Of a DNA stretch of 64,000 nucleotides, positions 27,301 through 39,292 are shown piece after piece. Position numbers and translations under genes: made by a program. Position 1 is the first letter of the stretch. Each line of letters opens with the position of its first letter. Source of the DNA: Nemertoderma westbladi (taxonomy: Eukaryota > Animalia > Xenacoelomorpha); NCBI GenBank assembly GCA_032718475.1, contig JAUCBJ010009072.1:1-64000 (forward strand). Direction: 5' to 3'. The notes below the pieces were generated by a model. The model worked only from the letters and a program-made list of their open reading frames with translations, was not told where the DNA came from and ran no database searches.

Positions 27301-29098
27301 TTTGAGTTACCAATGAATCAGTTTGCCCTAATGTTTGAGTTACCAATGAATCAGTTTGTCCTAATGTTTGAGTTACCAATGAATCTGTTGTCCTAATGTT
27401 TGAGTTACCAATGAATCAGTTGTCCTAATGTTTGAGTTACCAATGAATCAGTTTGCCCAAATATTTGAGTTACCAATGAATCAGTTTGCCCAAATATTTG
27501 AGTTAACAATGAATCAGTTTGCCCAAATATTTGAGTTAACAATGAATCAGTTTGTCCTAATATTTGTGTTACCAATGAATCAGTTGTCCTAATGTTTGAG
27601 TTACCAATGAATCAGTTGTCCTAATGTTTGAGTTACCAATGAATCACTTTGTCCTAATATTTGAGTTACCAATGAATCAGTTTGTCCTAATATTTGAGTT
27701 ACCAATGAATCAGTTTGCCCAAATATTTGAGTTACCAATGAATCAGTTTGCCCAAATATTTGAGTTAACAATGAATCAGTTTGCCCAAATATTTGAGTTA
27801 ACAATGAATCAGTTTGTCCTAATATTTGTGTTACCAATGAATCAGTTGTCCTAATGTTTGAGTTACCAATGAATCAGTTGTCCTAATGTTTGAGTTACCA
27901 ATGAATCACTTTGTCCTAATATTTGAGTTACCAATGAATCAGTTTGTCCTAATATTTGAGTTACCAATGAATCAGTTTGCCCAAATATTTGAGTTACCAA
28001 TGAATCAGTTTGCCCAAATATTTGAGTTACCAATGAATCAGTTTGTCCTATTATTTGAGTTACCAATGAATCAGTTTGTCCTATTATTTGAGTTACCAAT
28101 GAATCAGATGTCCTAATGTTTGAGTTACCAATGAATCAGTTGTCCTAATATTTGAGTTAACAATGAATCAGTTTGCCCAAATATTTGAGTGAACAATGGA
28201 TCAGTTTGTCCTAATATTTGTGTTACCAATGAATCAGTTTGTCCTAATATTTGAGTGAACAATGAATCAGTTTGCCCTAATATTTGAGTTAACAATGAAT
28301 CAGTTTGCCCAAATATTTGAGTGAACAATGGATCAGTCTGTCCTAATATTTGTGTTACCAATGAATCAGTTTGTCCTAATATTTGAGTGAACAATGAATC
28401 AGTTTGCCCTAATATTTGAGTTACCAATGAATCAGTTTGCCCAAATATTTGAGTTACCAATGAATCAGTTTGCCCAAATATTTGAGTTAACAATGAATCA
28501 GTTTGCCCAAATATTTGAGTGAACAATGGATCAGTTTGCCCAAATATTTGAGTGAACAATGGATCAGTTTGTCCTAATATTTGTGTTACCAATGAATCAG
28601 TTTGTCCTAATATTTGAGTGAACAATGAATCAGTTTGCCCAAATATTTGAGTTAACAATGAATCAGTTTGCCCAAATATTTGAGTTAACAATGAATCAGT
28701 TTGCCCAAATATTTGAGTGAACAATGGATCAGTCTGTCCTAATATTTGTGTTACCAATGAATCAGTTTGTCCTAATATTTGAGTGAACAATGAATCAGTT
28801 TGCCCTAATATTTGAGTTACCAATGAATCAGTTTGCCCAAATATTTGAGTTAACAATGAATCAGTTTGCCCAAATATTTGAGTTACCAATGAATCAGTTT
28901 GCCCAAATATTTGAGTTAACAATGAATCAGTTTGCCCAAATATTTGAGTGAACAATGGATCAGTTTGCCCAAATATTTGAGTGAACAATGGATCAGTTTG
29001 TCCTAATATTTGTGTTACCAATGAATCAGTTTGTCCTAATATTTGAGTGAACAATGAATCAGTTTGCCCTAATATTTGAGTTAACAATGAATCAGTTG
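12389..29098. repeat. 32/33-bp minisatellite, ~500 monomers, with higher-order repeats
   Basis: Consensus TTGAGTTACCAATGAATCAGT(T)TGTCCTAAT(A/G)T. Variant patterns recur at offsets 4346 and 4907. Confidence 0.98.
14996..15095. other. Assembly gap (100 N)
   Basis: Run of 100 N inside the minisatellite, so the true array length is unknown. Confidence 1.
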
Positions 29099-29463
29099 AC
29101 ATATTTTTCGTTAATGGCTTCATGCTGGAATTTTGAAAGAAAAAACAGCAATGGAAATCAGTTGGCCAGTGATTAAACACTATTATGGGTTGAGGCCCAG
29201 CGATTTATAATTAAACAATCTTAATTCGTGAGTAATATTCATATAACATGCGTAAATGTATACTTTATTTAACCAGTTCGATTCACATTGGGGGAAAGGT
29301 TAGCCTAGCCAATGTTTAATCATGCATTAAAGTTGGAAAATAGTGATCACCCAAACCTGGGAGTTGTAGTTAGTTGTAGGTTCCATCCTCGTAGTTAGAA
29401 ACTCTGTCAAACAAATTACCATATCGAGTATATAATATATATATAATGTAGTTTAGTGACCAG

Positions 29464-29575
29464 ATTGTCCGGACGGAACTGTCCGGGTCCGGATGTAACT
29501 GTGTGGATTGTCCGGACCGAACTGTCCGGGTCCGGATGTAACTGTCCGGATTGTCCGGACCGAACTGTCCGGATT
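29464..29575. repeat. 43-bp tandem repeat, ~2.6 copies, rich in TGTCCGG
   Basis: ATTGTCCGGAC(G/C)GAACTGTCCGGGTCCGGATGTAACTGT.. starts at 29464, 29507 and 29550. Possibly a transposon subterminal remnant. Confidence 0.8.
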
Positions 29576-29673
29576 GATCAAAATCCGATAGATCGCTAAT
29601 ACAGTAAACTTGGCCTACGAGATTACTCGCTGTGGATGGAAGGTTAATGATAATGGAAACAGAAAGGACTCAC

Positions 29674-29791
29674 CTTCTAACTTGCCGATTGGACGGTCTG
29701 CTGTAGCCTGATTGACCACTCAGAGAACGTCTCGGTATGCCACTACTGCGTCCACCGGGTTGTAGTGCCGAGCCGGGAGTGTGCTGCACTC
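29674..29791 (-). CDS. Minus-strand gene exon 10: VQHTPGSALQPGGRSSGIPRRSLSGQSGYSRPSNRQVR
   Basis: Acceptor CCTCTTTAG, donor AAG|GTGAGT, 118 bp, phase 1 to 2. This is the only open frame and it fits both neighbours. Confidence 0.75.
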
Positions 29792-30235
29792 CTAAAGAGG
29801 TAATACAAATGGAATAATAAGAGATGGGAAAGGTTACAGCCTTGTTTATGTTCACCAAGTTGTAACTAAACTGGCCGTATATCATAGCACCACAGTATGG
29901 CTATAGACACCAACTAACAGATGGAAAGCATTCGAAGTTATAATACTTTACTACAATTTGTAATTATGTATTAACTATTTATAATAGTTTAATTATTTGT
30001 GCTAGTTTTGGTGTAAATGTAAACTAACCTTGTGTATAAGAAATATCAACTGGAATCTAAACTGTATTAATACTGTATGATACGGGAAAACTGAAACCTC
30101 AACTGAAATTACTTGAATTTAATTGAAGTATTCAGGATTAACTAAGTGCATTGGCTGAACCATTCATGGTTAACTGATTTTACACCCGATATAACTTTAT
30201 GTAACAACCCACATATACATACATAACTTACAAAC

Positions 30236-30373
30236 CTGAACCCATTATTTCGCCATCTTTTACTTGCAGAGACGCCTTGCGGTGGAACTGGTAATTAGCA
30301 CTGTTATCTCGCATTCCGACGCCAGATGGCGCTTGGGATAATTCAATGTGAGGAAGACTACGCCGTGGATATT
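30236..30373 (-). CDS. Minus-strand gene exon 9: YPRRSLPHIELSQ...HRKASLQVKDGEIMGS
   Basis: Acceptor ATTCATTACAG, donor CAG|GTTTGT, 138 bp, phase 1 to 1. Confidence 0.65.
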
Positions 30374-31368
30374 CTGTAATGAATATTGTTGATATAAAGA
30401 TACACGGTGTACATAACGTACCATAGGGGGGTAATACGCACTCAGGGCGGTCCATGGATTTTATTTTATTTTTTGCTTTATTTTTGGTTGGGCTATTCAC
30501 ATAATTATTCTTTGGATTATTAGTGAATTTTTCAAAAAGTTTTCTAATAATACGTAGTTTATAAAATTGGTGCTTAATTTTGATTGGTCGATTATAATAA
30601 TTGTGGTCATTAACATTAACGGTACGCTTTTGTGCTATTAGTTATAGGAAGTAGTAGTCTGATAGTTTGAGTAGTGCGTTACCATGTTAGTTAGTTGGTA
30701 GACACCCGACGAAGGCCTATTTTTATAATAATAATTAATTATTCATTTACAATAAATACTGTTGGGTTAAAATATTTGGCAATATACCATCATCTTTTAT
30801 TTTGTTATAAGTTATAGATCTGATAAACCCCTAACAAAGAAATTAAATAATAATATCTTGATGATAATTAAACTTCCAACTATAGAATTGGTCCTCAGCA
30901 TTGAAATACAAAAATATAATTTCACGTCTTCCTTTTTGGGAACATATTATAATGTGACATTTAGTAATGTAGCGTTGTAAAAATGGAAAGTAAACCAGAA
31001 TACAGCACCTTTTTCACTAACAGCTGTAAAGGAAACATTTTTAGATTTAAGATAGAAAATTATAAATATAAAGATACGTAGTAATAGTAACTAAGGCAGA
31101 AATAGTTCAGTTACAATAACCGTGGAGGTGGAACTAACAATCATGAAATAAATGAATGCGTTGAATGTTGTCGGGGTCAACATAAATTATTTTAAGAAAG
31201 TGGTAATAACCGTAAACAAAGCGCAAAAAACATTAATATCATTGCAATAAAAAGTCTATGTAATACAGTATATACATTCAATACAACAACACCTATTCAT
31301 GCAAAAGTGAAAATTAACATCAAATAGGAAAAAATAAAAACAAAGCAAAGGAAAAATGTAATAGTAAC

Positions 31369-31437
31369 CTTCGTCCTCATCTATAGAATCGATATCATAT
31401 GTATTGTATGAAGAGTATGATTGGGGTTGAGTTACTC
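31369..31437 (-). CDS. Minus-strand gene exon 8: VTQPQSYSSYNTYDIDSIDEDE
   Basis: Pyrimidine-rich acceptor ...TATTCACCCAG, weak donor AAG|GTTACT, 69 bp, phase 1 to 1 (skippable without frameshift). Confidence 0.5.
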
Positions 31438-32120
31438 CTGGGTGAATAGCAATCAAGGGAAAATGAAGAAAACACTACATTTAGTATTTTAGTGATTAGA
31501 GTATATGTTTAATATTAATTAGAGTATGAAATTTATTATTGAATTAGAAATTACTCGTAATTAAATATATATATAGCCTGCCTAACTTAATATAAAAAAA
31601 GAAACCTGTACAAAGATAAAAAATATCACACAAATTATCCTGATTTTAAAGCTTCTTATCAAATGCTTTACTTGTATCGGCAGGCGGCTGGGTGCGGACA
31701 GATTCTTCCATAAAAGTTCAGTGCAGTAGGCCTGCCTGAACACTTTGAGTTATTCTAGTTCAGTACTAACTCACAGATTCGTTTTATTTGTATATGTCGA
31801 ATATAAAGTTCAGCAATTTATTATTTTCAAAAAACCTAAGTGTGACATACTTTCTGATCTCCCCACGGACTTGGTTAGGAGGGGGCAGTTTATATTTCGA
31901 CGGTATTCAGTGAACTTGCGGAAATTAGCAAAATATTTTTAGATTTTATGTTACGCAGACAGACACTAGATTTATACATTTTCAAGATATTTACAAATTT
32001 AGCCAGAATTTCAGATAGAAACCACTTCAAATAGAACAACTGATTTAAAATTGAGAAAGATCACTAAATTTTAAAATGTAATCCGCACAAAAACCGACGA
32101 AAAATAACCAGCCCCTTAAT

Positions 32121-32485
32121 TAGTGGCGGATTTAGAAATTTCGAAAGGGGTATGTCATACTTGATTTAGGGGGAGGGGGGTGGGGGGGAGGGGGGGGGGG
32201 GGGGGGGGCTCATCTCTGCTGGAATCGAATCAGATGCGCGCCGCGTAAAATTATCAATTAGCGCCGCACGTGCTCAAAGTTCATACCGAGCCACATCAAT
32301 TGTAATTTACTGATTGGTAATCAGACAATAAGTTAAATAAGTTCGCCTTAGCGAGCGGAAATTTTAAGGATTAAAAATATTTTGTTATTGATCAGAAGAG
32401 CTGAAAAGTACGTAGTGTTGCTGAATAAAGATATCGAGAATAAAATAGATAGTTTTTCAATATCAATATTCTAATTCCGCCACTG
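32121..32485. mobile_element. hAT-like MITE remnant with poly-G tract
   Basis: TIRs TAGTGGCGGATTTAGAA / TTCTAATTCCGCCACTG. No matching 8-bp TSD. Confidence 0.45.
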
Positions 32486-32673
32486 AAAGAGCCAATTATA
32501 AATAGAAATTATATTTAGTATTTAAGAAAATATATCCTATCCCTATACAATTAAATAATACCCCCAAAGAACTATATAACACCCACTAATCCCCCAAGAA
32601 ACTGTTACCACCACCAAACCCGAACCCAACCCAACAACCGAAAGCAGCAGGAAGAGAAGCGATCCAATCCAAC

Positions 32674-32874
32674 CTATTTGCTGAGGTACAGTTAGTGTGG
32701 ATGGTGCGGTGTTCCTGGGTCCACTGTGGTGGACAACGGTCTGCCTGGCACGGTATGTCTGGCTAACGCGCGATGGAGGGTCGGAGTGGTTGTTGGACCG
32801 GTTGGTTGTCATTCGGTACGGTTCGGAAGGCGACGTCCGATTGGCGGCACGACGAGGTGACTCCTTTCTTACAT
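32674..32874 (-). CDS. Minus-strand gene exon 7: VRKESPRRAANRTSPSEPY...TLTVPQQI
   Basis: Acceptor TATACACAACAG, donor TAG|GTTGGA, 201 bp, phase 1 to 1. GC-rich island in AT-rich DNA. Confidence 0.65.
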
Positions 32875-32991
32875 CTGTTGTGTATAAATGGAGTGGCAGC
32901 GAAAATAATAACCTGATCTTAAATAGGGCTAGAATAATGCGAATGCCGCTAGTTAATGTAAAAATTAAACATTACCAGGGAGGGATTAGTA

Positions 32992-34290
32992 CGGAGCCCC
33001 TAAAGGGACATGAGAAAAAAATATATTTTTTTTCGCTAACTCGTGCGAACGACTTAGTATGTCGTGCGAACGACTTACTAAGTCGTGCGAACGACATACT
33101 AAGTCGTGCGAACGACTTACTAAGTCGTGCGAACGACTTAACTAACTCGTGCGAACGACTTAGTAAGTCGTGCGAACGACTTACTAAGTCGTGCGAACGA
33201 CTTACTAAGTCGTGCGAACGACTTAACTAACTCGTGCGAACGACTTAGTAAGTCGTTCGAACGACTTACTAACTGTACTTTGATTGGCTAAATAATACTG
33301 GCAATAAAAGCACAACATTTTTAGCGGGTTTTTCAATTCAATCTACAGCATTGTTGTTATACAGCAGCAGTGTTATACTCGTTCAACCAAATCATTTTCG
33401 GGAATATCCATCAATGCACCCACTGGCTTCATTAGGGATGTTACGCATTACTTATTCGAATTAATTTTATTAAGAACGAGCGTAAGCGACTGAGTGAAAT
33501 ATGAAACGAGAGCCTGAAAGTGAAATACGGGTACGTACTTTATTTAAATCGAATATTGTGGTGGAGTCACAATATTGTACAATACTCTAAATAGTAGGAC
33601 CTATCTCACCTCCCCGCAAAACCTGAGATTTCGACTACAGCTGTTCGATACAATAGTGAGATGGGAATGTTGCTTAGCAACACAGCAACAACACCTGACA
33701 CTATTATTAGCTTATCTAACAGCGCTGACCGTAGATAATACTGCTATTTACTGAATAAGTTAAAGTAAAATTAATATGTTAAAGATATTATAATTTGCTA
33801 CAATACAGTATGTCGGTTGTATTGTCGGCCTAAGTTAAAGTACGTCGATATTAACAGAGCGCGTTCAGCCATTGAAAATAATATTTTCAACCAATAATGC
33901 CATCAACAAATGCTGTAGATTGAATTGAAAATCCCGCTAAAAAAGTTGTACTTTCATTACCAGTATTATTTAGCCAATCAAAGTAAAGTTAGTAAGTCGT
34001 TCGCACGAGTTAGTAAGTCGTTCGCACGCGTTAGTTAAGTCGTTCGCACGACTTAGTAAGTCGTTCGCACGACTTAGTAAGTCGTTCGCACGACTTAGTA
34101 AGTCGTTCGCACGACTTAGTATGTCGTTCGCACGACTTAGTTAAGTCGTTCGCACGACTTAGTAAGTCGTTCGCACGACTTAGTAAGTCGTTCGCACGAC
34201 TTAGTAAGTCGTTCGCACGACATACTAAGTCGTTCGCACGAGTTAGCGAAAAAAAATATTTTTTTTTCTCATGTCCCTTTAGGGGCTCCG
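32992..34290. mobile_element. 1.3-kb MITE with ~370-bp TIRs containing 21-bp hairpin arrays, TA-flanked
   Basis: TA|CGGAGCCCCTAAAGGGACATGAG ... CTCATGTCCCTTTAGGGGCTCCG|TA. Arrays of CGTGCGAACGACTTACTAAGT at ~33036-33270 and, inverted, at ~33988-34247. Confidence 0.9.
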
Positions 34291-34677
34291 TAGATTAGTA
34301 TTAGGGAACATAAAATTTGAGGAAAACTAATGTTTTATATATTCAAAAATTACCTACAACATTACTGACTCGGGTGATTTTAACGTAGTCAAGAAATTAG
34401 AATGGCCAGTTTTCATCTAGACGTAATATGTCGCTGTCCGCAACTGTATCTCAACTACACCACCAACCACCAGAACCAACAACCAGATCCTATAACATTT
34501 ATTAAGTACAATCCATACCGGTTGATATCGCCCAATCAATGAATGGCTGATGACAACAATTAATTAGTAAGACAATGATATCGAGGGTTTGGACCAATAC
34601 ACGATCAGTATGAAGGACCATTCATGACGGAGGGCCAGACTGAGAGATAAACAACCAACCTTGGCGCCTTGGGACTT

Positions 34678-36515
34678 TCAGGGTGTGGAGAGGTGAAGAT
34701 TGATAACGATAAGGTATATCAGCTGGGGAGAAGGTTGATTGTCAGCGGAAACAGAGGTGGTTGAGTTGTGGGTTGTTGGTGTAGAACTGGGAGATGGTGG
34801 GGGTACGGGAGGAATGGAATTAGAGTTGGGGTTGGAAGGAGGGGAGGGTGGGAGTTCGAGTTGAGAATATGAACTAATTGATTCTGTGTTAGGATTGTTC
34901 GTATTGAGTAGGAGTTGCATTGAAGCTGTATTGTCTAACACATTGGGGGGAGGGTATGAAGACGATACACTTGCTGTACTAGATTGTGGTTTACGTTTGG
35001 TATTTGTTTGGGGTTCTTTCAAGGCACTTGATAACAGCAGTGTTTGGGTACTGAGAGGCTGTATTTCTCGGGTACTGGGTGGCTGTATTTCTCGGGTACC
35101 GGGTGTCTGTATTTCTCGGGTACTGGGTGGCTGTATTTCTCGGGTACTGGGTGGCTGTATTTCTCGGGTACTGGGTGGCTGTATTTCTCGGGTACTGGGT
35201 GGCTGGAGTTTTTGGGTACTGGTTGGCTGGAGTTTTTGTGTACTGGGTGGCTGTATTTCTCGACTACTGGGTGGCTGGAATGTTTGGGCACTGGTTGGCT
35301 GGAGTTTTTGTAGCTTTTGGGTACTGGGTGGCAGTTTCGTAGGTTTTGGCGGGTTAATGGTTTGTGGTGAACTGCGTGATTGGGTTAGTCTCTGGGTGTT
35401 TGGTATAGGTAAGCATTGGGCAGCGCGCTGTTTTGGACTGGAGGTATACGAGGGTTTAGGAGAAGATATTTCAGATAAATTCGGGTTGGACTTATTAGGC
35501 GTCATTGCTTTTTTATGCCGTGGCAGTACGGGAGAGGGTAGACGTAAGGAATGAGTACTGGTCGCCATGGTACCCAGATCGAGACGATTCTGGTTACGTC
35601 GGGTTTGTACTGGCGAACGCGGATAGACACGCGAATTCGGGTTTGGATTAACAGCTTGTACGATTCGAGTGGAAGATTTATCATTTAGATAAGCTGCGAG
35701 AGGGATGGATGAACAATTTTGTGTTTTACTTGTATCTGTTATTTGGGAAGAAAGAGGTACAACCGGTTCCACGGTATTTTTGAGGGTTTCAGTGGCCGAC
35801 GAGTCAATGATATTAATAGTTGTTGGAGTCGGGCCGAGACTATCGATAATACAGCCAGGTTTGGTCGTGGGAGAGAGGTCTTGGGTATTAGATTTCTGTT
35901 TAATGGTTGTGGATTCTTTTTCATTAATAGGTGGTTCATTGGTTGTAGATACGTCATGTGGATTGGAATGCATTGCTTGAGAAGTAGAAACGGGTTCATT
36001 GGTTGTAGGTACTTGGGAAGTAGAAACGGGTTCATTGGTTGTAGGTACTTGGGAAGTAGAAACGGGTTCATTGGTTGTAGGTACTTGGGAAGTAGAAACG
36101 GGTTCATTGGTTGTAGGTACTTGGGAAGTAGAAACGGGTTCATTGGTTGTAGGTACTTGGGAAGTAGAAACGGGTTCATTGGTTGTAGGTACTTGGGAAG
36201 TAGAAACGGGTTCATTGGTTGTAGGTACTTGAGAAGTAGAAACGGGTTCATTGGTTGTCGTGGAATCTTTTGCAATAATAATCGATTCAATAACAGAGGT
36301 GGTGTTATTTGAACTAAGAATAGGGCCAGTGAAGGATGTGTTATTGAATTCAAACACAGATTTTGGAGTGGCGGAATCCTTAAACAGAGGGGTGGAATCC
36401 TTAAACAAGCTTTCATATGTGCGACGTCCTTCCATATTTTTACAATCGGAATCTTGTGTAACACAGGGAGGAGAAGGAGATGCGCTATTCGAAATATTTC
36501 GACTTATTAGTGGAC
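34678..36515 (-). CDS. Candidate large alternative last exon of the minus-strand gene; Ser/Thr/Pro-rich, ~610 aa
   Basis: Lies in the 637-codon ORF, which is mostly non-repetitive. Strong acceptor TCTTTCTCTCTCTCTTATATTACAG at 36516 in phase 1, matching exon 6. Stop at 34678; minus-strand AATAAA at 34498-34503. Confidence 0.6.
35045..35335. repeat. 24-bp in-frame tandem repeat (~12 copies; PPSTREIQ/PPSTQKLQ on the minus strand)
   Basis: Unit GGCTGTATTTCTCGGGTACTGGGT and variants. Confidence 0.9.
35976..36259. repeat. 36-bp in-frame tandem repeat (8 copies; TTNEPVSTSQVP on the minus strand)
   Basis: GAAGTAGAAACGGG recurs every 36 bp from 35981 to 36233. Confidence 0.95.
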
Positions 36516-36811
36516 CTGTAATATAAGAGAGAGAGAAAGATCTCTCTAGCAGAAGAGAAATAATTGGAGAGTGATCATAATTGAAATTCACCCCAGTCGA
36601 ATAAGATTCTATTCTAATAGAGAAAATAACTAAGTTAAGATCTAAATTTGTCCAGGAATACCATTAAATAACAGGGATTGATGTATATAGTTACGCAGAG
36701 AAAAATATGAATGTTAGCAAGTACTACTACAGCATTAGTACTAAAGTAATAAATACGTATCAACTCAATCTAGTAGTAATTAGTTTAATAAGAAAGTTAC
36801 AGTTTACTAAC

Positions 36812-36978
36812 TCATTCTAGGTTTTGTGTAGGTATCGTAATTGTGCAATGGGCGTAGTTGGTCGTCTCCAGCTGTCCAGGCCTCTCGTCTTGAGTGTCCA
36901 GACCCCGAGTCTGGTACGCGGGGACCTTCAGCCGAACTGCCTCCATACATCTGTCGTTCACGCGACCCTGAATGTCGC
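36812..36978 (-). CDS. Minus-strand gene exon 6: RHSGSRERQMYGG...LHNYDTYTKPRM
   Basis: Acceptor GTTTATTTCCAG, donor TGA|GTTAGT, 167 bp, phase 2 to 1. Confidence 0.7.
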
Positions 36979-37154
36979 CTGGAAATAAACCAACACAAAC
37001 ATGAATTTAAAGAAAACTTATTGAAATCTTGAAACACGAGAAGCGACATTTTGTACAAAAAATCATCAATTAATTTTTTTAATGAGGCAGAGGCTAACGA
37101 CCACTATAATTGAGCGTATAATACGCTTTGAACCGCGTACTCTCGTATTAGTAT

Positions 37155-37500
37155 ACACCATCGACCATCCATACACCATCGACCATGACCCGTAATATAA
37201 TGTTATTTTCAGATGACACATTTTCATGATTAAACTTTGAAAGACAACCAGTTCAACTCACCGTCGAGGAGCCGGAATTTTCGATTTTATAAGTGTTTTA
37301 AAAAGTGCACCATTCGTATCACTGCCATTCTTCACATTAGTCATGATTTATTTCAATATCGTTAGAAAGTTTGCGTTACAACTACAAGAATTCCAAATTT
37401 GTAACAATATATCTGAATTTCGATGAGAAACAGCTGAGATATCTAGGCGTCCAAACATTGCAAGAATTATCGTTCGCTGGAGGCTATTTATTTATTTAAT
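37155..37500. mobile_element. Diverged single arm of the foldback MITE family seen at 1972-2909
   Basis: Shares CCATGACCCGTAATATA, AGCCGGAATTTTCGATTT, TGCCATTCTTCAC and ATTGCAAGAATTAT with the reverse complement of 2485-2909. Confidence 0.75.
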
Positions 37501-37633
37501 AGAATAAAATATCCAAGCAGATAAAAAACCATTTGAAGTTGGTAGAGTTTGGTAAAATGGATCGTATGTAGACTATATATATCTTCTATGAAAATCTTGG
37601 TATAATTATAATATAATTACCGGTATTATTTAA

Positions 37634-38336
37634 GGGGGTTTTAGTATTTTCGGTCTATATTTTGGGGAACAAACATTTTGTGCTTGACAAAGGGTACCAG
37701 TTACAAAATCGGTTCTAGAACATAAAAATTGCCATGTTCTAGAAAACCAATACCCACGATTATTGTAGCCCAAAAGGTGCTGATCATTTTGGCATATGTT
37801 TGATCACAATTGAGTAAAAAATTCAGGTAGTAATGAATTTAGTGATGAAAAATGTCAAAATCGACAAACTGAGAATATGTTGATTTATACAGAGACTCAT
37901 GATCTGATCAGCTATAAATATACCGTTGTTTTTGTTTATACAAATATTATTTGCCTTTTTGGACTCTTCTGTTTCCCGTTCCATGGGGAAATTATTTTAT
38001 TTTTCATATTTTAACGATGGAAATATTGAAAATTGTCAAAATTTTGGAAAAAAGTTTTTAATTTTTTTATATATATAAATATTTTCATCGTTAAAATATG
38101 TGTTTTTGAAAAATTGTAAAAAAATGAAAAATTTTTTCAAATTTTTTTTTATATTTAAAAAATGTAAATAAAATTTTCAAACTTTAATAAGTGCGGTTTT
38201 GTGGCGAAAAAACACTCAACTTGTGAAAACCGATGTAACAACATGAAAGACCTGTCAAACTACAAAAATGGTATAATTTTTTTGGAAATTTTATAAATTT
38301 TCGACAATTTCACTTTCATTCTGGGTAAAATACCCC
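37634..38336. mobile_element. Kolobok-like non-autonomous element (TTAA-flanked)
   Basis: TTAA|GGGGGTTTTA ... TAAAATACCCC|TTAA, with internal inverted repeat CATATTTTAACGATG / CATCGTTAAAATATG. Superfamily inferred from the TTAA site and purine-start termini. Confidence 0.55.
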
Positions 38337-38406
38337 TTAAATACATTGATATAGAAAATATAAAAAGATTTCATCCACGCATACAGAAGTACGTTAGCGA
38401 ACTCAC

Positions 38407-38556
38407 CTTTGTCTATGCCGTGGTCCAGTTAGGTTAGGATTGTTGTACATTCCCTCGTACGCGTCGTATATACCTTGTTCCATAGGAACTCGTCTATAGC
38501 GGGGTTCTTCCTCGTAACCCCTATTCGCCGGGGTATCCCGTCGACTTGTGTAGTAC
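38407..38556 (-). CDS. Minus-strand gene exon 5: YYTSRRDTPANRGYEEEPRY...NLTGPRHRQ
   Basis: Acceptor TTGGTCCATCAG, donor AAG|GTGAGT, 150 bp, phase 2 to 2, open. Confidence 0.75.
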
Positions 38557-39009
38557 CTGATGGACCAATTAAGGAACTAACATTACCTGACCGCCTATAA
38601 ATTACGTATCGCAATGTCGGGTTTGTGGGAGAGTGATTGATTACCAAAATGTATAATTAAATGTTTTAACAATAAAAATTCCATCATATTGATGTAGATT
38701 AAATAAAGCATTGAAAACAAGTTGCTTCTGTAGTATATTTGTCACATTCCTACTGTGTGGGGGGGGGGGGGGGGGGGGGGGTTGATTTTTCTTACATTGA
38801 GTTTCTTTAGCAAACAGTACACTTCGCAGGGAGCCTGATACAGCCTGTTGTGTAGAACATGTCAAGTAGCATCTTTATCGCTTTATCTTTATCTTTATCT
38901 TTCTTTTATTTTTTTTGAAACAACTAACTTTCGGGTTTTCGGTTTCCGATATTATATTTGAAAAGTAGGACTTCCGGCCTATCCATTACTGCTGTATATT
39001 CGACCGAGG

Positions 39010-39292
39010 ACGCCTTGTTGTTTGTAGTGGTTATATTGAAATCAGATCTCTCAAAAGGTCGTGGGTTCGATCCCCGCATGGGGCCAGGGTAGTTTTCGTC
39101 TTGGCACGGATGCTCTGAAGGGACCAGCCAGGGCGCATCTCTGACTTACATCCATAAATAATAGCTAAATGAGTACAGGAGTTTCCTCTGGGGTGTACAG
39201 TTCTGGGGGGACTATACCTGGAAATAAGTCGTCAGACTTCGTGGGTAATCCCTGGCCAAGCGGCCGAAGAAAACTTTTACTTTTTTTACTTT
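39010..39292 (+). mobile_element. tRNA-derived SINE, near full length
   Basis: A-box-like TGTAGTGGTTA, B-box GGTTCGATCCC and a (CTTTA)-like tail. Homologous copies at 39645-39782 and 57995-58287. Confidence 0.85.

Noticed and set aside
13161-29180. Many ORFs with 11-aa repeats (TDSLVTQILGQ / FELPMNQFVLI), up to 408 aa
   Set aside because: Runs of 33-bp monomers broken by 32-bp monomers. No unique coding flanks or splice context, and frame is not preserved across the array.
39010-39085. tRNA gene
   Set aside because: A/B boxes are present but no convincing cloverleaf; continues into a multi-copy SINE body and tail.
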